The notes under the pieces were generated by a model. That model was not told where the DNA came from and did not search any database. It saw only the letters and a list, made by a program, of their open reading frames with translations. A DNA stretch of 64,000 nt from a virus (taxonomy: Duplodnaviria > Heunggongvirae > Uroviricota > Caudoviricetes), in the IMG/VR virus record IMGVR_UViG_3300032220_000751; one strand, 5' to 3'. The position numbers were made by a program, and so were the translations under genes. Positions within the stretch are counted from its first letter, which is position 1. Every line of letters begins with the position of its first letter. This document shows, one piece after another, positions 1 to 8,695 of the stretch.

Positions 1-267
1 GTGGAAGTGAACATCGGCTCCGAGGACTTCAATCCTTACATGAAGTTCGAGATTCGTGAAGGCGACTACGACAAGGTCTTCGTCAAGTACGAGATCGATG
101 GTCATCGTATCGAATTCGGTGTGGAAGAAGGTGGCGAGGAATGCTTCGGCGCCTTGATCGATGACGTCGTGTTCCATGAAACTCAGGTCGATGAGATCAT
201 GGCACACGTGCTGAAGTTGCTCGACATCCTCTACACCAGCCAAGAAGCTGGCAAGTGGGACCGTTAA
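1..267 (+). CDS. hypothetical protein, 3' fragment (start lies upstream of window)
   Basis: Open frame from window edge to TAA 265-267; acidic protein-like composition; next gene starts 22 nt downstream behind AAGGAG. Confidence 0.5.
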   Translation: MEVNIGSEDFNPYMKFEIREGDYDKVFVKYEIDGHRIEFGVEEGGEECFGALIDDVVFHETQVDEIMAHVLKLLDILYTSQEAGKWDR

Positions 268-288
268 TTAATAAGTAAAGGAGTAGTC

Positions 289-954
289 ATGCGGTATAAC
301 GTCGGTGAAAAGTTGTATGTGGTGAACTTCGCCTTCCATGGCCAAGAACCTGAAGAGAACGCGCTGTATCAGTCTCCGTATCTCCGGGGCCTGATGCCGC
401 GCATCTCCCAGATCCGTCTGAATCAGTTGACGGTGGAAGAACACCACAAGGTGCCGTATATCCATGATCCGGAACAAAAACTGGAACATGACGGTTACAT
501 CCTGAAAGATGACTCGGGTCAGGTTTTCTACAACCAATACCCTTCGTCCCACTATGGTCAATTCAGCGACCACATGGACTATCGCTTCCGGATGAAAGAT
601 CCGGATACCGATGAGGCGCGTGAAGCCTACGTCAACGACATGGAACTCAACGACCCGCTCCCGCATGAATACATGTTGCTGGAGCAATTCCTGAAGGAAC
701 TGCGTCGTGGCATCACAGCAGTATTCGATGTCATCGCCAAGTATGAAGTCGCTGGTGTTGAGGAGATGGAGAACTATCGTCCTCTGCGCTGGCAGCGTGA
801 GTACCATGCGGTGTTGTCCGAGCTGTTGACTGAACTCAACAAGGCATTCAGGCACGCATTCGAAGGTCATGACTACGATCTGGTCCTGAAGCCCATCGAT
901 GAGAACGATCCCGGCAGTATGAAGTTCTGGGAAGTGGAGTTCAAGACGGTGTAA
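289..954 (+). CDS. hypothetical protein (221 aa)
   Basis: ATG preceded by AAGGAGTAGTC; natural amino-acid composition; the overlapping minus-strand ORF 268-960 looks like an antisense shadow. Confidence 0.6.
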   Translation: MRYNVGEKLYVVNFAFHGQEPEENALYQSPYLRGLMPRISQIRLNQLTVEEHHKVPYIHDPEQKLEHDGYILKDDSGQVFYNQYPSSHYGQFSDHMDYRFRMKDPDTDEAREAYVNDMELNDPLPHEYMLLEQFLKELRRGITAVFDVIAKYEVAGVEEMENYRPLRWQREYHAVLSELLTELNKAFRHAFEGHDYDLVLKPIDENDPGSMKFWEVEFKTV

Positions 955-963
955 CGTCATAAA

Positions 964-985
964 GGCTACCGGTTTCCCGGTAGCC
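964..985 (+). other. stem-loop GGCTACCGG-TTTC-CCGGTAGCC between genes, no U-tract (possible RNA-processing or stability element)
   Basis: Perfect 9-bp inverted repeat read directly; followed by AAAATAAAA, not T-rich. Confidence 0.35.
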
Positions 986-1007
986 TAAAATAAAAGGAGT
1001 AGTACCT

Positions 1008-1379
1008 ATGAAAACAGTAGCAGGAATAAATGCATTTGTTCTCAGTCAACTTTACGTGGCACTGTATAATGCTGCTTCCGTAAAGGAGAGTGAGAACTCG
1101 GTGACCATGAAACAGTTCTTTAGTGCGAACATGGTTGAAGTGGTTATGGGCGATGTCGCATGCAACTCAGTCAAAGCATCTTTCAAACTGATCACAGATG
1201 ATGATCATCAGGCTGAGTCGATTCAAATCGTCGTCCATCATCGCGCCAATTCCGACAAGATCATTTACAGTTCACGTGATCGTATCAAGGACTACAACTA
1301 CGCGAACCACATGAAGTTCGTGATTGATCTGATGGATAACGAGTACAATCACTTAAAGGAGTGCAATACCTATGGTTAA
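1008..1379 (+). CDS. hypothetical protein (123 aa)
   Basis: RBS AAAAGGAGTAGTACCT-ATG; ORF. Confidence 0.55.
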   Translation: MKTVAGINAFVLSQLYVALYNAASVKESENSVTMKQFFSANMVEVVMGDVACNSVKASFKLITDDDHQAESIQIVVHHRANSDKIIYSSRDRIKDYNYANHMKFVIDLMDNEYNHLKECNTYG

Positions 1380-1620
1380 AGTAATATTGCTGATAAGGCA
1401 TCTCGGTCCGGATGGTCCTCCGGCCGTTACCAGTTCCATGAAGGTCGAAGACGATGTCTACAAGATCGAGAACTACATGAAGGAAGACATGGAAAAGGCA
1501 CGCGATGAATTCATCAGCACTTTCCCTGAATTCCGTCGCGCCCATTGGGCTATTCAGCTGGTGGATATCCGTAACCACGGTATGTCCAGTCTCGACCACA
1601 TCAAGTTGGACCCTATTTAA
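1372..1620 (+). CDS. hypothetical protein (82 aa)
   Basis: RBS AAAGGAGTGCAATACCT-ATG; 8-nt overlap with upstream gene. Confidence 0.5.
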   Translation: MVKVILLIRHLGPDGPPAVTSSMKVEDDVYKIENYMKEDMEKARDEFISTFPEFRRAHWAIQLVDIRNHGMSSLDHIKLDPI

Positions 1621-1634
1621 AGGAGGTATTACCT

Positions 1635-2918
1635 ATGCGAAACAATCATTTCATCATGGAGACCATCCATGCTAAACGTGCAGTGGATACGGTGTTTGAT
1701 TCCGTACTCCATGGACTGTTGACGGAGGGTGTCTATCATCAACGTAACACAGTTGTTGGTGTTGACTACATGCTGAAGATCATGGAGTCTCCGCCGCCCA
1801 ACAGGATGCCGATCATCCAATTCAAGAGTTCGGCTATGAGTGCTCCCTGGAAACTGGAACGCTACTACACGCTGAGTGAAGGGCTGATGGCGGCGGTCTT
1901 CGGCATCTGGTCGTGCTGCGAGTACGGCATCAGTCCGCCTGAAAACATCATGATCGGGGACATCACCAAAGATGTTCTGGACTGCATCGAACGTCTGAAA
2001 AGTACGGAGCAATCACATCGACTACGGATGTTCTCCGATTTGCCGCGCTTTGGTTATTCGGGGGATGCAGGTGGTCCTCTGCATCAGACCGCTCAGGAGA
2101 CTTATGGGCGCGGCATTTCCCCGCAGTTCGGCAGAGGCAATAGCAATATGGGATACCACCACACCATGCTTCAACCTCGGATCACGCCCGTGAATTTCCG
2201 CAGTGGTATACGTCTGGATGTGGCGGCTCATCTGGCACATCGTTGGTGTCCTGCTGCGTTTCATGGTCTATTGGATCCGACCGCTGGTATGGTCGGCTTT
2301 TGCAATCACTGGTGGCCAGGTCCGCAGTATACGAACGACTTCATCATGACTGAGTCCATGCTGACGACGTTCGTGAATGAGCTGGAAAGGGTACATCACG
2401 TTCGTGCTGGTGTGTCTAGCAACATCGCTGAAACGGACATCGTGTTGAAGGCGGGTGTGGAGTACACTCCACTGAGTTTTGTCGAGGAGATCCTGAAACA
2501 AGGTAATCCTGGTCATACTCGTGATGAGTACCTGACACATCTGGGTTGTCTCGGGGTCGATTTGACCAAACCGTTGACAGATACGATGATGCATCTGTTC
2601 GCCTTCGACTACTACCTATCGCTCAAGTTCATATCCGAGCAGAACGTTGACAAGGTGAAGCTGAAGGAAGAACTCCTGGCCAAGATCCAACCCAAGTCCA
2701 AGAGCGTAACCGTCAGGGGTGGCATCTGGCTGCGTCAGTTCGGTCGTAATGCGAAGATCGCTGATATCGACTCGCTGATCACTTACTACACGGTCTTCTA
2801 TCCTGGCTGGATATCGAATGGCAGTAAACCTGGCAGGAGTGATGACTTCTGGCTGGAACCCTCGCAGGTGAGCATCATGGCCGAAGACATCGGTATCCCG
2901 AAGGTGATTGTGAAGTAA
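1635..2918 (+). CDS. hypothetical protein (427 aa)
   Basis: RBS AAAGGAGGTATTACCT-ATG; long ORF ends just before a strong terminator. Confidence 0.65.
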   Translation: MRNNHFIMETIHAKRAVDTVFDSVLHGLLTEGVYHQRNTVVGVDYMLKIMESPPPNRMPIIQFKSSAMSAPWKLERYYTLSEGLMAAVFGIWSCCEYGISPPENIMIGDITKDVLDCIERLKSTEQSHRLRMFSDLPRFGYSGDAGGPLHQTAQETYGRGISPQFGRGNSNMGYHHTMLQPRITPVNFRSGIRLDVAAHLAHRWCPAAFHGLLDPTAGMVGFCNHWWPGPQYTNDFIMTESMLTTFVNELERVHHVRAGVSSNIAETDIVLKAGVEYTPLSFVEEILKQGNPGHTRDEYLTHLGCLGVDLTKPLTDTMMHLFAFDYYLSLKFISEQNVDKVKLKEELLAKIQPKSKSVTVRGGIWLRQFGRNAKIADIDSLITYYTVFYPGWISNGSKPGRSDDFWLEPSQVSIMAEDIGIPKVIVK

Positions 2919-2950
2919 TTAGTTACTAGCGTACATTACGTTATGTAAAT

Positions 2951-2980
2951 GCCCTCCCTTCGGGGAGGGCTTCTTTCTCA
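2951..2980 (+). terminator. rho-independent terminator
   Basis: GCCCTCCC-TTCG-GGGAGGGC stem-loop followed by TTCTTTCTCATCCCTTTTCTTTTT. Confidence 0.85.
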
Positions 2981-3008
2981 TCCCTTTTCTTTTTGTATTC
3001 AAACGCAA

Positions 3009-3036
3009 TTAGAACACATATTACTAAGTTGATAAT
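3009..3036 (+). promoter_or_regulatory. candidate sigma70-like promoter TTAGAA-N16-GATAAT
   Basis: Hexamers read by eye in the 165-nt gap upstream of gene 3085. Confidence 0.25.
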
Positions 3037-3084
3037 AGAACGGTCTATTGTCCTCTTTTTAACTATGTTTAAGGAAGCCCTATA

Positions 3085-3690
3085 ATGGCACTGCTCACTA
3101 CCAAGAAATACAACATCAAAGAAGTCATCTATCGTTCCAACCCGAACCTGGGTCTGCAAGAGAACATCATGATGGCCATGGACAAGAAGAAATCCGATTT
3201 GCTGTTCCCCGGTCAAGTCAAGCCCAAGCCAGTCATCAACTACGAGTTCTATCTGGACTACGATGGCTACAAAGCCAAACTGCCGGACAGCGCCAAGTGC
3301 ACGATCACCAAATCGTACATGGACACGCTCATCAACAACGCCACCAAGCAATTCGAATCCACTCGCCTGGCGTACAACAAGTTCGTCAAGGCCGATGACA
3401 AGAGCATCGAATACTGGCATGAGTTGAAGCGTTTCGTGGTCGATGATGAAACCTATGTCAATGACATCGACGCAGCTATCGAAAATGCATGCTACCACAG
3501 TACGCGTGCATTCGCAGAAGGTCGCTACATGCCACGTCGTGTCGTCCGTACGCAGTATCTCATCATCACAACCCACAACCTGTTCGCATTCAATCCGTGG
3601 GCTGAAGGTGAAGCACTGCGCTTGCGTCGTCTGTTTGAAGAGATGCAAGAAGAACGTCTGAAGAATCTGTCCATCACTCCTTGTAAGTAA
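3085..3690 (+). CDS. hypothetical protein (201 aa)
   Basis: RBS AAGGAAG; ORF. Confidence 0.6.
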   Translation: MALLTTKKYNIKEVIYRSNPNLGLQENIMMAMDKKKSDLLFPGQVKPKPVINYEFYLDYDGYKAKLPDSAKCTITKSYMDTLINNATKQFESTRLAYNKFVKADDKSIEYWHELKRFVVDDETYVNDIDAAIENACYHSTRAFAEGRYMPRRVVRTQYLIITTHNLFAFNPWAEGEALRLRRLFEEMQEERLKNLSITPCK

Positions 3691-3716
3691 GGAGCAATTA
3701 AGAGGATATCCCCATT

Positions 3717-5450
3717 ATGTTTTCTCATCCATTTTATTTCTTCTGGCAAAACAAGTCTCCGTTTTCCAATTGGTATATCCGGAACTTCAAAGTCAGAGAA
3801 ATGATCTTCAATTGCGTTGAGCAATACATGATGTACCAGAAGGCTGTGTTCTTTGGTGATTTGGAAACTGCTAAGCTTATCATGGCAGAATCCAAACCAA
3901 AGAAGCAGAAAGAACTGGGACGTCAGGTCAAAGGCTTCAATCGCATTGATTGGGATTCTGTAGTTGAGGATATCCTCTACACGGCTATCAAGGCCAAGTT
4001 CACCCAGCATCGTGATCTGGGTGAATTGATGCTAAGCATCACTGCGAAAGAATTCGTCGAAGCATCTCCGTATGACCGGATCTATGGTGTGCGATTGTCA
4101 ATGAATGACCCTCGCATCCAGTCAAAGAAATTATGGCTCGGCCTAAACAAGCTTGGGCGTGTGCTGACCCGAGTACGTAACTGGCTGTATGTCAAGAAGA
4201 AAGGAAAGAACATGATCGATCTGTCCCCGCATCATCCAGAAGTCATTATTCTGGATTTGACAGATGTGTTTGCCGATGCACAACGGCGGCTGGCACATAC
4301 GGGTGATGTGAATCTGCTGTTGCCCTCGATGGTCAGTAGCATCATGACGTGTGTGGAATGTCGTGATCCCGATATGACCCGGTTGGAAGTCTATGTCTCT
4401 GACTTGATCGAACAGTTCAAGAATGATGGCATGCCAACTGAGGATGGTGAAATTGCCGCAGCTATCGCTAAAGACATCGGACGTAAGCTTGTCTATGAGA
4501 TCGAGAAGATCGGCGGTTACGATGAGAACGATAATTTCGATTACGATGTCTATCGTGTGGAAATCTCCGGAGCTGTGGTACTGACTCGTCTGGATCCTGT
4601 GGGCGCTCGTGCTCAAGAGAAGAGGAAAGAATGGTTTCCTGATCCGGAAGCTGTTGGTAAATCGATTTCTTCAGGTAGCAGGGTTGACCATATGGTCATG
4701 GTCGATGACGACGGCAATCCAATCAAGACGTCTGTAGTGGATATCCCTGAACCCACTCAAGAACAGAAGGATCATATTGCTTCTTTCGAAGTTAAACTTC
4801 CTTCGCTTGAAGAAATGGAGAATCATCCGCATCAAGGATACTTCCAAGGCCAACACAATGTGCAATATGCTGCTAAGTTAGGAGAAGTAGTCACTCCTGA
4901 ACAGCAGCTGCAGAACTACGAAGCACATGAGCGTCGTGTGGTTATCGAGGAGAATGTCCCGGCTGCTGGTTTCCGTAGTCGTACGGAGTACGATCTCCCC
5001 AGTGAAGACTTTACTTCATCGACTGTTGAGTCCAATATCAGCAACAAAATCGATAAGATGCTTCATAGCCCTAAGTTCAATATGAAGTTTGCTCCTTGCG
5101 ATGATCTGGGAGAAATCTCTGTCAGATTGAACGGTCAAACCATTCAGAATCCAACACCTGAACAATTGTCCGAAGTTGCCAATAAGTTGGGTTTCGATGC
5201 AGCTGACGTCATCATGGGACAAGACAAAGGTTATCGTGAGGTTCCCTTGTCTGAAGTCAAAGAGTCTCCTTATAAAGAGATTCTCGACAATGCGTTCCAG
5301 GATCAGGAAAGGGTTATCATCAATGCAGCTCCACGCTACGTACCCCTTGGTATCGTAGACGGCGATCAACAACAACAGAAGTGGAAAGACACTACAACAG
5401 GGGAAGTGCTTACCAACGAAGAACGATTTAATCGAGTTTCAAAAGACTAA
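3717..5450 (+). CDS. NADAR (YbiA/DUF1768-like) domain protein with a ~400-aa C-terminal extension of unknown function
   Basis: N-terminal ~160 aa carry the NADAR hallmark (FFW..SPFSNWY...F...EQYMMYQKAVFFGD...LGRQVKGFNRIDWDSV...AKFTQ...L..T....VEASPYDRIYGV); the rest has no motif I recognise. Confidence 0.7.
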   Translation: MFSHPFYFFWQNKSPFSNWYIRNFKVREMIFNCVEQYMMYQKAVFFGDLETAKLIMAESKPKKQKELGRQVKGFNRIDWDSVVEDILYTAIKAKFTQHRDLGELMLSITAKEFVEASPYDRIYGVRLSMNDPRIQSKKLWLGLNKLGRVLTRVRNWLYVKKKGKNMIDLSPHHPEVIILDLTDVFADAQRRLAHTGDVNLLLPSMVSSIMTCVECRDPDMTRLEVYVSDLIEQFKNDGMPTEDGEIAAAIAKDIGRKLVYEIEKIGGYDENDNFDYDVYRVEISGAVVLTRLDPVGARAQEKRKEWFPDPEAVGKSISSGSRVDHMVMVDDDGNPIKTSVVDIPEPTQEQKDHIASFEVKLPSLEEMENHPHQGYFQGQHNVQYAAKLGEVVTPEQQLQNYEAHERRVVIEENVPAAGFRSRTEYDLPSEDFTSSTVESNISNKIDKMLHSPKFNMKFAPCDDLGEISVRLNGQTIQNPTPEQLSEVANKLGFDAADVIMGQDKGYREVPLSEVKESPYKEILDNAFQDQERVIINAAPRYVPLGIVDGDQQQQKWKDTTTGEVLTNEERFNRVSKD

Positions 5451-5477
5451 TCTTCTTAATTATCTCAGGGGCGAGAT

Positions 5478-5732
5478 ATGAGCGCTGTAAATCAGGGGAC
5501 TGTTGTCCATCAGCAAACTCTGTTAAATGAGGACAACACCAAAGCAGCTACTTTGACTTATCGTAATGGTTCTAACATTCCAGCGGAGTGGGAGTTATCT
5601 CAGGATGGGGATTCTGAACGTAACTTCCTTACACTGGAATTGTACCTAGCGATCAAAGGCATTGCTTTGACCAGACAGGAATGTGGTTTGACACCGGTTG
5701 ATACGGTGCAAGCTTCTTTGGAATTCGAATAG
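5478..5732 (+). CDS. hypothetical protein (84 aa)
   Basis: ORF with weak G-rich RBS. Confidence 0.4.
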   Translation: MSAVNQGTVVHQQTLLNEDNTKAATLTYRNGSNIPAEWELSQDGDSERNFLTLELYLAIKGIALTRQECGLTPVDTVQASLEFE

Positions 5733-5742
5733 GAATTGTGCG

Positions 5743-6510
5743 ATGGAAAAGAGATTGAAAATGAAGAAGGCGTCCTTCATTGTCTGCGAAGGCATGGATG
5801 GATCTGGTAAGACGACAGTGTCTAAGTATCTACTGGAGTTAATGGGTTTATTTGGCTATGATGTCAAGTGGACGCGTGAACCTGGTGGTACTCCACTGGC
5901 TGAAAGTATCCGTAACCTGATACTGACAACTGAGATGGATTCTACTACTGAACTTCTGCTGTTTAACGCAGCACGTCGTGATCATGTAGAAAACCTGATC
6001 AAGCCGTCTTTAGCAAAGGACATCACAGTGGTATCGGATCGCTTTGTGGATTCGACCATTGCTTACCAGTGCTACGCTAATCAGCGTTCACCTCTTCATC
6101 AAGTACTATCTCTGCACCAGACTTGTATCGATTTCGATCCTGACTATGTCATTTACCTTGACATTCTCCCTGAAGTAGCAGCAGCTCGTGCAAATCAGCG
6201 TGGCGCTGGTGACCGTTTCGACAACATGCCAGCCGACTATAAGAAGCGTCTGGAGATGGGGTACCAAGTAGGGATGCTCATGCATAAAGCTAGCACCTCT
6301 ACTGAAGTCGTTACCATCGATGCCAATCAAAACCTACTCGATGTATTTGAGCAAGTGTTTAATTGGTTTGTTCGCTACTACTGCGCCACGCATCAACCTG
6401 CAGCGTCATTCGTCTTTGATAATGAAAAGCATACTAAAGCGCTCGAAAACCCTGTACTCCAGGCGGCGTTAGAACAGCATCGTCAGCACTGGCGTCTTAA
6501 CTTTAGCTAA
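5743..6510 (+). CDS. tmk: thymidylate kinase (dTMP kinase) with ~50-aa C-terminal extension
   Basis: P-loop FIVCEGMDGSGKTT, then REPGGT, DRF.DSTIAYQ and LID region, collinear with E. coli Tmk; start chosen at ATG 5743 behind AGGAA (ORF opens at 5698). Confidence 0.85.
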   Translation: MEKRLKMKKASFIVCEGMDGSGKTTVSKYLLELMGLFGYDVKWTREPGGTPLAESIRNLILTTEMDSTTELLLFNAARRDHVENLIKPSLAKDITVVSDRFVDSTIAYQCYANQRSPLHQVLSLHQTCIDFDPDYVIYLDILPEVAAARANQRGAGDRFDNMPADYKKRLEMGYQVGMLMHKASTSTEVVTIDANQNLLDVFEQVFNWFVRYYCATHQPAASFVFDNEKHTKALENPVLQAALEQHRQHWRLNFS

Positions 6511-6526
6511 TACGGTAACGTCTACA

Positions 6527-6898
6527 ATGGATGAAAAATACGCATTCTTTGATGACAATGGTCGAGTAAAGGAAATTGAGTATCCGATCTTTACTAAACC
6601 ATTCGAGAAAAAGGAACACTGGTTTATCAAGTTCTTGATCTGGACTGGTGCTTTAACTCGTCAGTATGAGTGGTTAAATTTCCATCAACGATACATCATG
6701 TTATCGTTAGCCAATCCCATGCGTTGGTCGATTGCGCTCATGATCCAGATCGATAGCTTAATCGATAGTAAGACTATTGACCCAAATACTCTGAGAGAGG
6801 TGAATCTCTTAATGCACGTGCATGGGGTGCCCGTTGCCCTTGCATGGTATCGTATCTTCGGATACAAGATTCCTATTAACTCAGAGGTGAGAGTATGA
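6527..6898 (+). CDS. hypothetical protein (123 aa)
   Basis: ORF; weak RBS. Confidence 0.45.
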   Translation: MDEKYAFFDDNGRVKEIEYPIFTKPFEKKEHWFIKFLIWTGALTRQYEWLNFHQRYIMLSLANPMRWSIALMIQIDSLIDSKTIDPNTLREVNLLMHVHGVPVALAWYRIFGYKIPINSEVRV

Positions 6899-7335
6899 TA
6901 GCCCTACCTAGCTACGATTCTCCAGACATTCAAGATGAAGAAGGTACTCTGTCCCACAAGGTCAGGATTCCTATGTTCCAGTACCACATGGAACAAGATC
7001 ACTTTATCTGGAAGGTACTGGATAAGTTGCGTTGTTTGGATCGTGTTTTCATTCCCATTGACAGACGTTCTCGTTTGGTCAAGTACAGGGACCACCCTGA
7101 AATCATCAATGGTAAGTTCGATGCTAATCGTGTCTCCATGACGCGCGAGCAACTCGACGGTATTATCAAGACCATTGATGATGATGCATTTTCAGGTCGT
7201 GCTAGTGCGCGTGACTATTATTGTTATCGCGTGGATCGTTTGATGAACATCGCTAAAGTGCCGGTAGGTACATGCGATTACATCGTACTGGGTATTCGCG
7301 TCTACACCAAGGATGTGATTTATCCAGTGAATTAA
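6895..7335 (+). CDS. hypothetical protein (146 aa)
   Basis: RBS GAGGTGAGAG; ATGA overlap with upstream gene. Confidence 0.5.
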   Translation: MIALPSYDSPDIQDEEGTLSHKVRIPMFQYHMEQDHFIWKVLDKLRCLDRVFIPIDRRSRLVKYRDHPEIINGKFDANRVSMTREQLDGIIKTIDDDAFSGRASARDYYCYRVDRLMNIAKVPVGTCDYIVLGIRVYTKDVIYPVN

Positions 7336-7350
7336 TTATTGGCAAAAATT

Positions 7351-7394
7351 AGAGGATGCTTGTATTCTTTTGAATAGAATGCAAGTATTCCTCT
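7351..7394 (+). terminator. imperfect ~17-bp hairpin, possible terminator or attenuator
   Basis: AGAGGATGCTTGTATTC ... GAATGCAAGTATTCCTCT with 2 mismatches and a bulge, followed by a T-rich stretch. Confidence 0.45.
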
Positions 7395-7395
7395 A

Positions 7396-7590
7396 GTGCC
7401 TTTATGTCTTTCATTTAGGAAGAGTATGTCTAATTTAGGTTTTATGTGGTTTAGTTTTGGTGTCATCGTTTTGATCATGTGGATTATCAAGATGTGTGAG
7501 AAACCAAAAGAACCTCCCAAACTCGATCCCAACACCCTGCCGCCAGAAGTGTTAGATGAAATCCGTAAGGAGAACAAACATGGCTTGTAA
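7396..7590 (+). CDS. small single-pass membrane protein (TM helix plus KPKEPPKLDP motif)
   Basis: RBS AGGAAGAG; hydrophobic helix FMWFSFGVIVLIMWII then a P/K-rich segment. Confidence 0.5.
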   Translation: MPLCLSFRKSMSNLGFMWFSFGVIVLIMWIIKMCEKPKEPPKLDPNTLPPEVLDEIRKENKHGL

Positions 7591-7609
7591 TGATGCTTTC
7601 GTGGAATCG

Positions 7610-7714
7610 ATGATTGTCCTCTATAGTCCTGTAGTGGCGGCAATCATCTTAACCGTGTTCACTTATGGTGCTTACCTGTTCCATAAGTACCTGAAACGTA
7701 AAGGATGGGCATGA
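7610..7714 (+). CDS. putative 34-aa membrane peptide
   Basis: ATG ORF translated by hand (MIVLYSPVVAAIILTVFTYGAYLFHKYLKRKGWA); below the ORF-track size cutoff; sits in a cluster of similar genes. Confidence 0.3.
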   Translation: MIVLYSPVVAAIILTVFTYGAYLFHKYLKRKGWA

Positions 7715-7923
7715 TTCAAAACGACCCACTCTTAACAGGTTTCTGCTATGGACTCCTGATTCTCTTTGTCATCTTCTTTGTGTTCTGGACTTGGATCTGG
7801 TTTATTGATCCTCCTAAGCCTCCTTCTTACTGGGAATGGCAGGCGACAAGACGGAAGTTCGATAGCGAGATGAAGAAGATCAAAGAAAGGAAAGAAGCAT
7901 GCCAGACGAAAGAGTCGTCCTAA
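7705..7923 (+). CDS. small single-pass membrane protein (TM helix plus DPPKPPSYWEW motif)
   Basis: RBS AAAGGA; TM helix; paralogous layout to 7396 and 7899. Confidence 0.5.
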   Translation: MGMIQNDPLLTGFCYGLLILFVIFFVFWTWIWFIDPPKPPSYWEWQATRRKFDSEMKKIKERKEACQTKESS

Positions 7924-8105
7924 TTCGCATGGGTAATGACTGGGATTGGTGGCAGTGGTTGTTGTTATTTGTTGTCAGTCTGGTTGCTACGCTTTGCATC
8001 ATTGTCTTCCCCGATAAGGGTCCTCGCATGGGTCCTGAAGTCAGGAAGATTTACAAGAGAAAGAAGATTAACAAGCTTAAAGCAAGGAGGCGCTATGGAC
8101 GTTAG
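7899..8105 (+). CDS. small single-pass membrane protein (TM helix plus PDKGPRMGP motif, basic C-terminus)
   Basis: RBS AAAGGAAAG; TM helix. Confidence 0.45.
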   Translation: MPDERVVLIRMGNDWDWWQWLLLFVVSLVATLCIIVFPDKGPRMGPEVRKIYKRKKINKLKARRRYGR

Positions 8106-8679
8106 TGCAACGATGGTGCTGACGGTTCTGGCCTGCGCCATCGTCATCATACTCTCAATTGCAGTAGGTGGTATCATCCGGGCCATGAACCCTAAAAGGA
8201 TGATTCAAGAATATCGCTTTGTGAAATTGCACGGCGAAAATCATCTACCCATGGTGAGTCAACGATCCACCGACGGTGTGACTTACAAAGTAGCTGTAGG
8301 TACAGAAGATCAATTCGATGCATGGATGTCGATGGGTGTTTTTGATGATGAATTTCCCTACTTCGATTTTGATTTCTTATTAGATCATCGTGGCTGGACG
8401 ATGTCTGACGGTAGCGTCTATATGGTCAACCGTAGTTCCAAAGACAACTACCATGAATATCAGAGCATCATGCATGATCTGATCAAGGAACACCAAAAGC
8501 TTTATGGCGATGAGATTGGCCTTGAATCAACGGGTATGTATATCCCCAGTTATTTACAAGCAGCCATGGAGTATGAATACGCCGATCGTTTCCCAGGGGA
8601 ATGGGAAAAGTTCAAAGGTGAAAAAGAAGCAAAGAACTACGTAGAACCCATTGACCATTTCGTCAAACAACTCGCTTAA
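8095..8679 (+). CDS. membrane-anchored hypothetical protein (194 aa)
   Basis: Strong RBS AAGGAGG 5 nt before ATG 8095; N-terminal TM helix; the ORF-track start 7936 is upstream and looks non-coding. Confidence 0.55.
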   Translation: MDVSATMVLTVLACAIVIILSIAVGGIIRAMNPKRMIQEYRFVKLHGENHLPMVSQRSTDGVTYKVAVGTEDQFDAWMSMGVFDDEFPYFDFDFLLDHRGWTMSDGSVYMVNRSSKDNYHEYQSIMHDLIKEHQKLYGDEIGLESTGMYIPSYLQAAMEYEYADRFPGEWEKFKGEKEAKNYVEPIDHFVKQLA

Positions 8680-8695
8680 CTCAAGGAGCATCAAC

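Noticed and set aside
268-960. 230-aa minus-strand ORF
   Set aside because: Exactly shadows the + strand gene 289-954, which has a canonical RBS. Its composition (L/V/H/R/F-rich) is typical of the antisense of an acidic protein. The same applies to the other long minus ORFs (11654-12478 opposite the NampT-like gene, 19317-20150 opposite thyA, 24491-25966, 50352-51197).
964-985. Hairpin after gene 289-954 as an intrinsic terminator
   Set aside because: No downstream U-tract (followed by AAAATAAAA). Kept only as a generic stem-loop.
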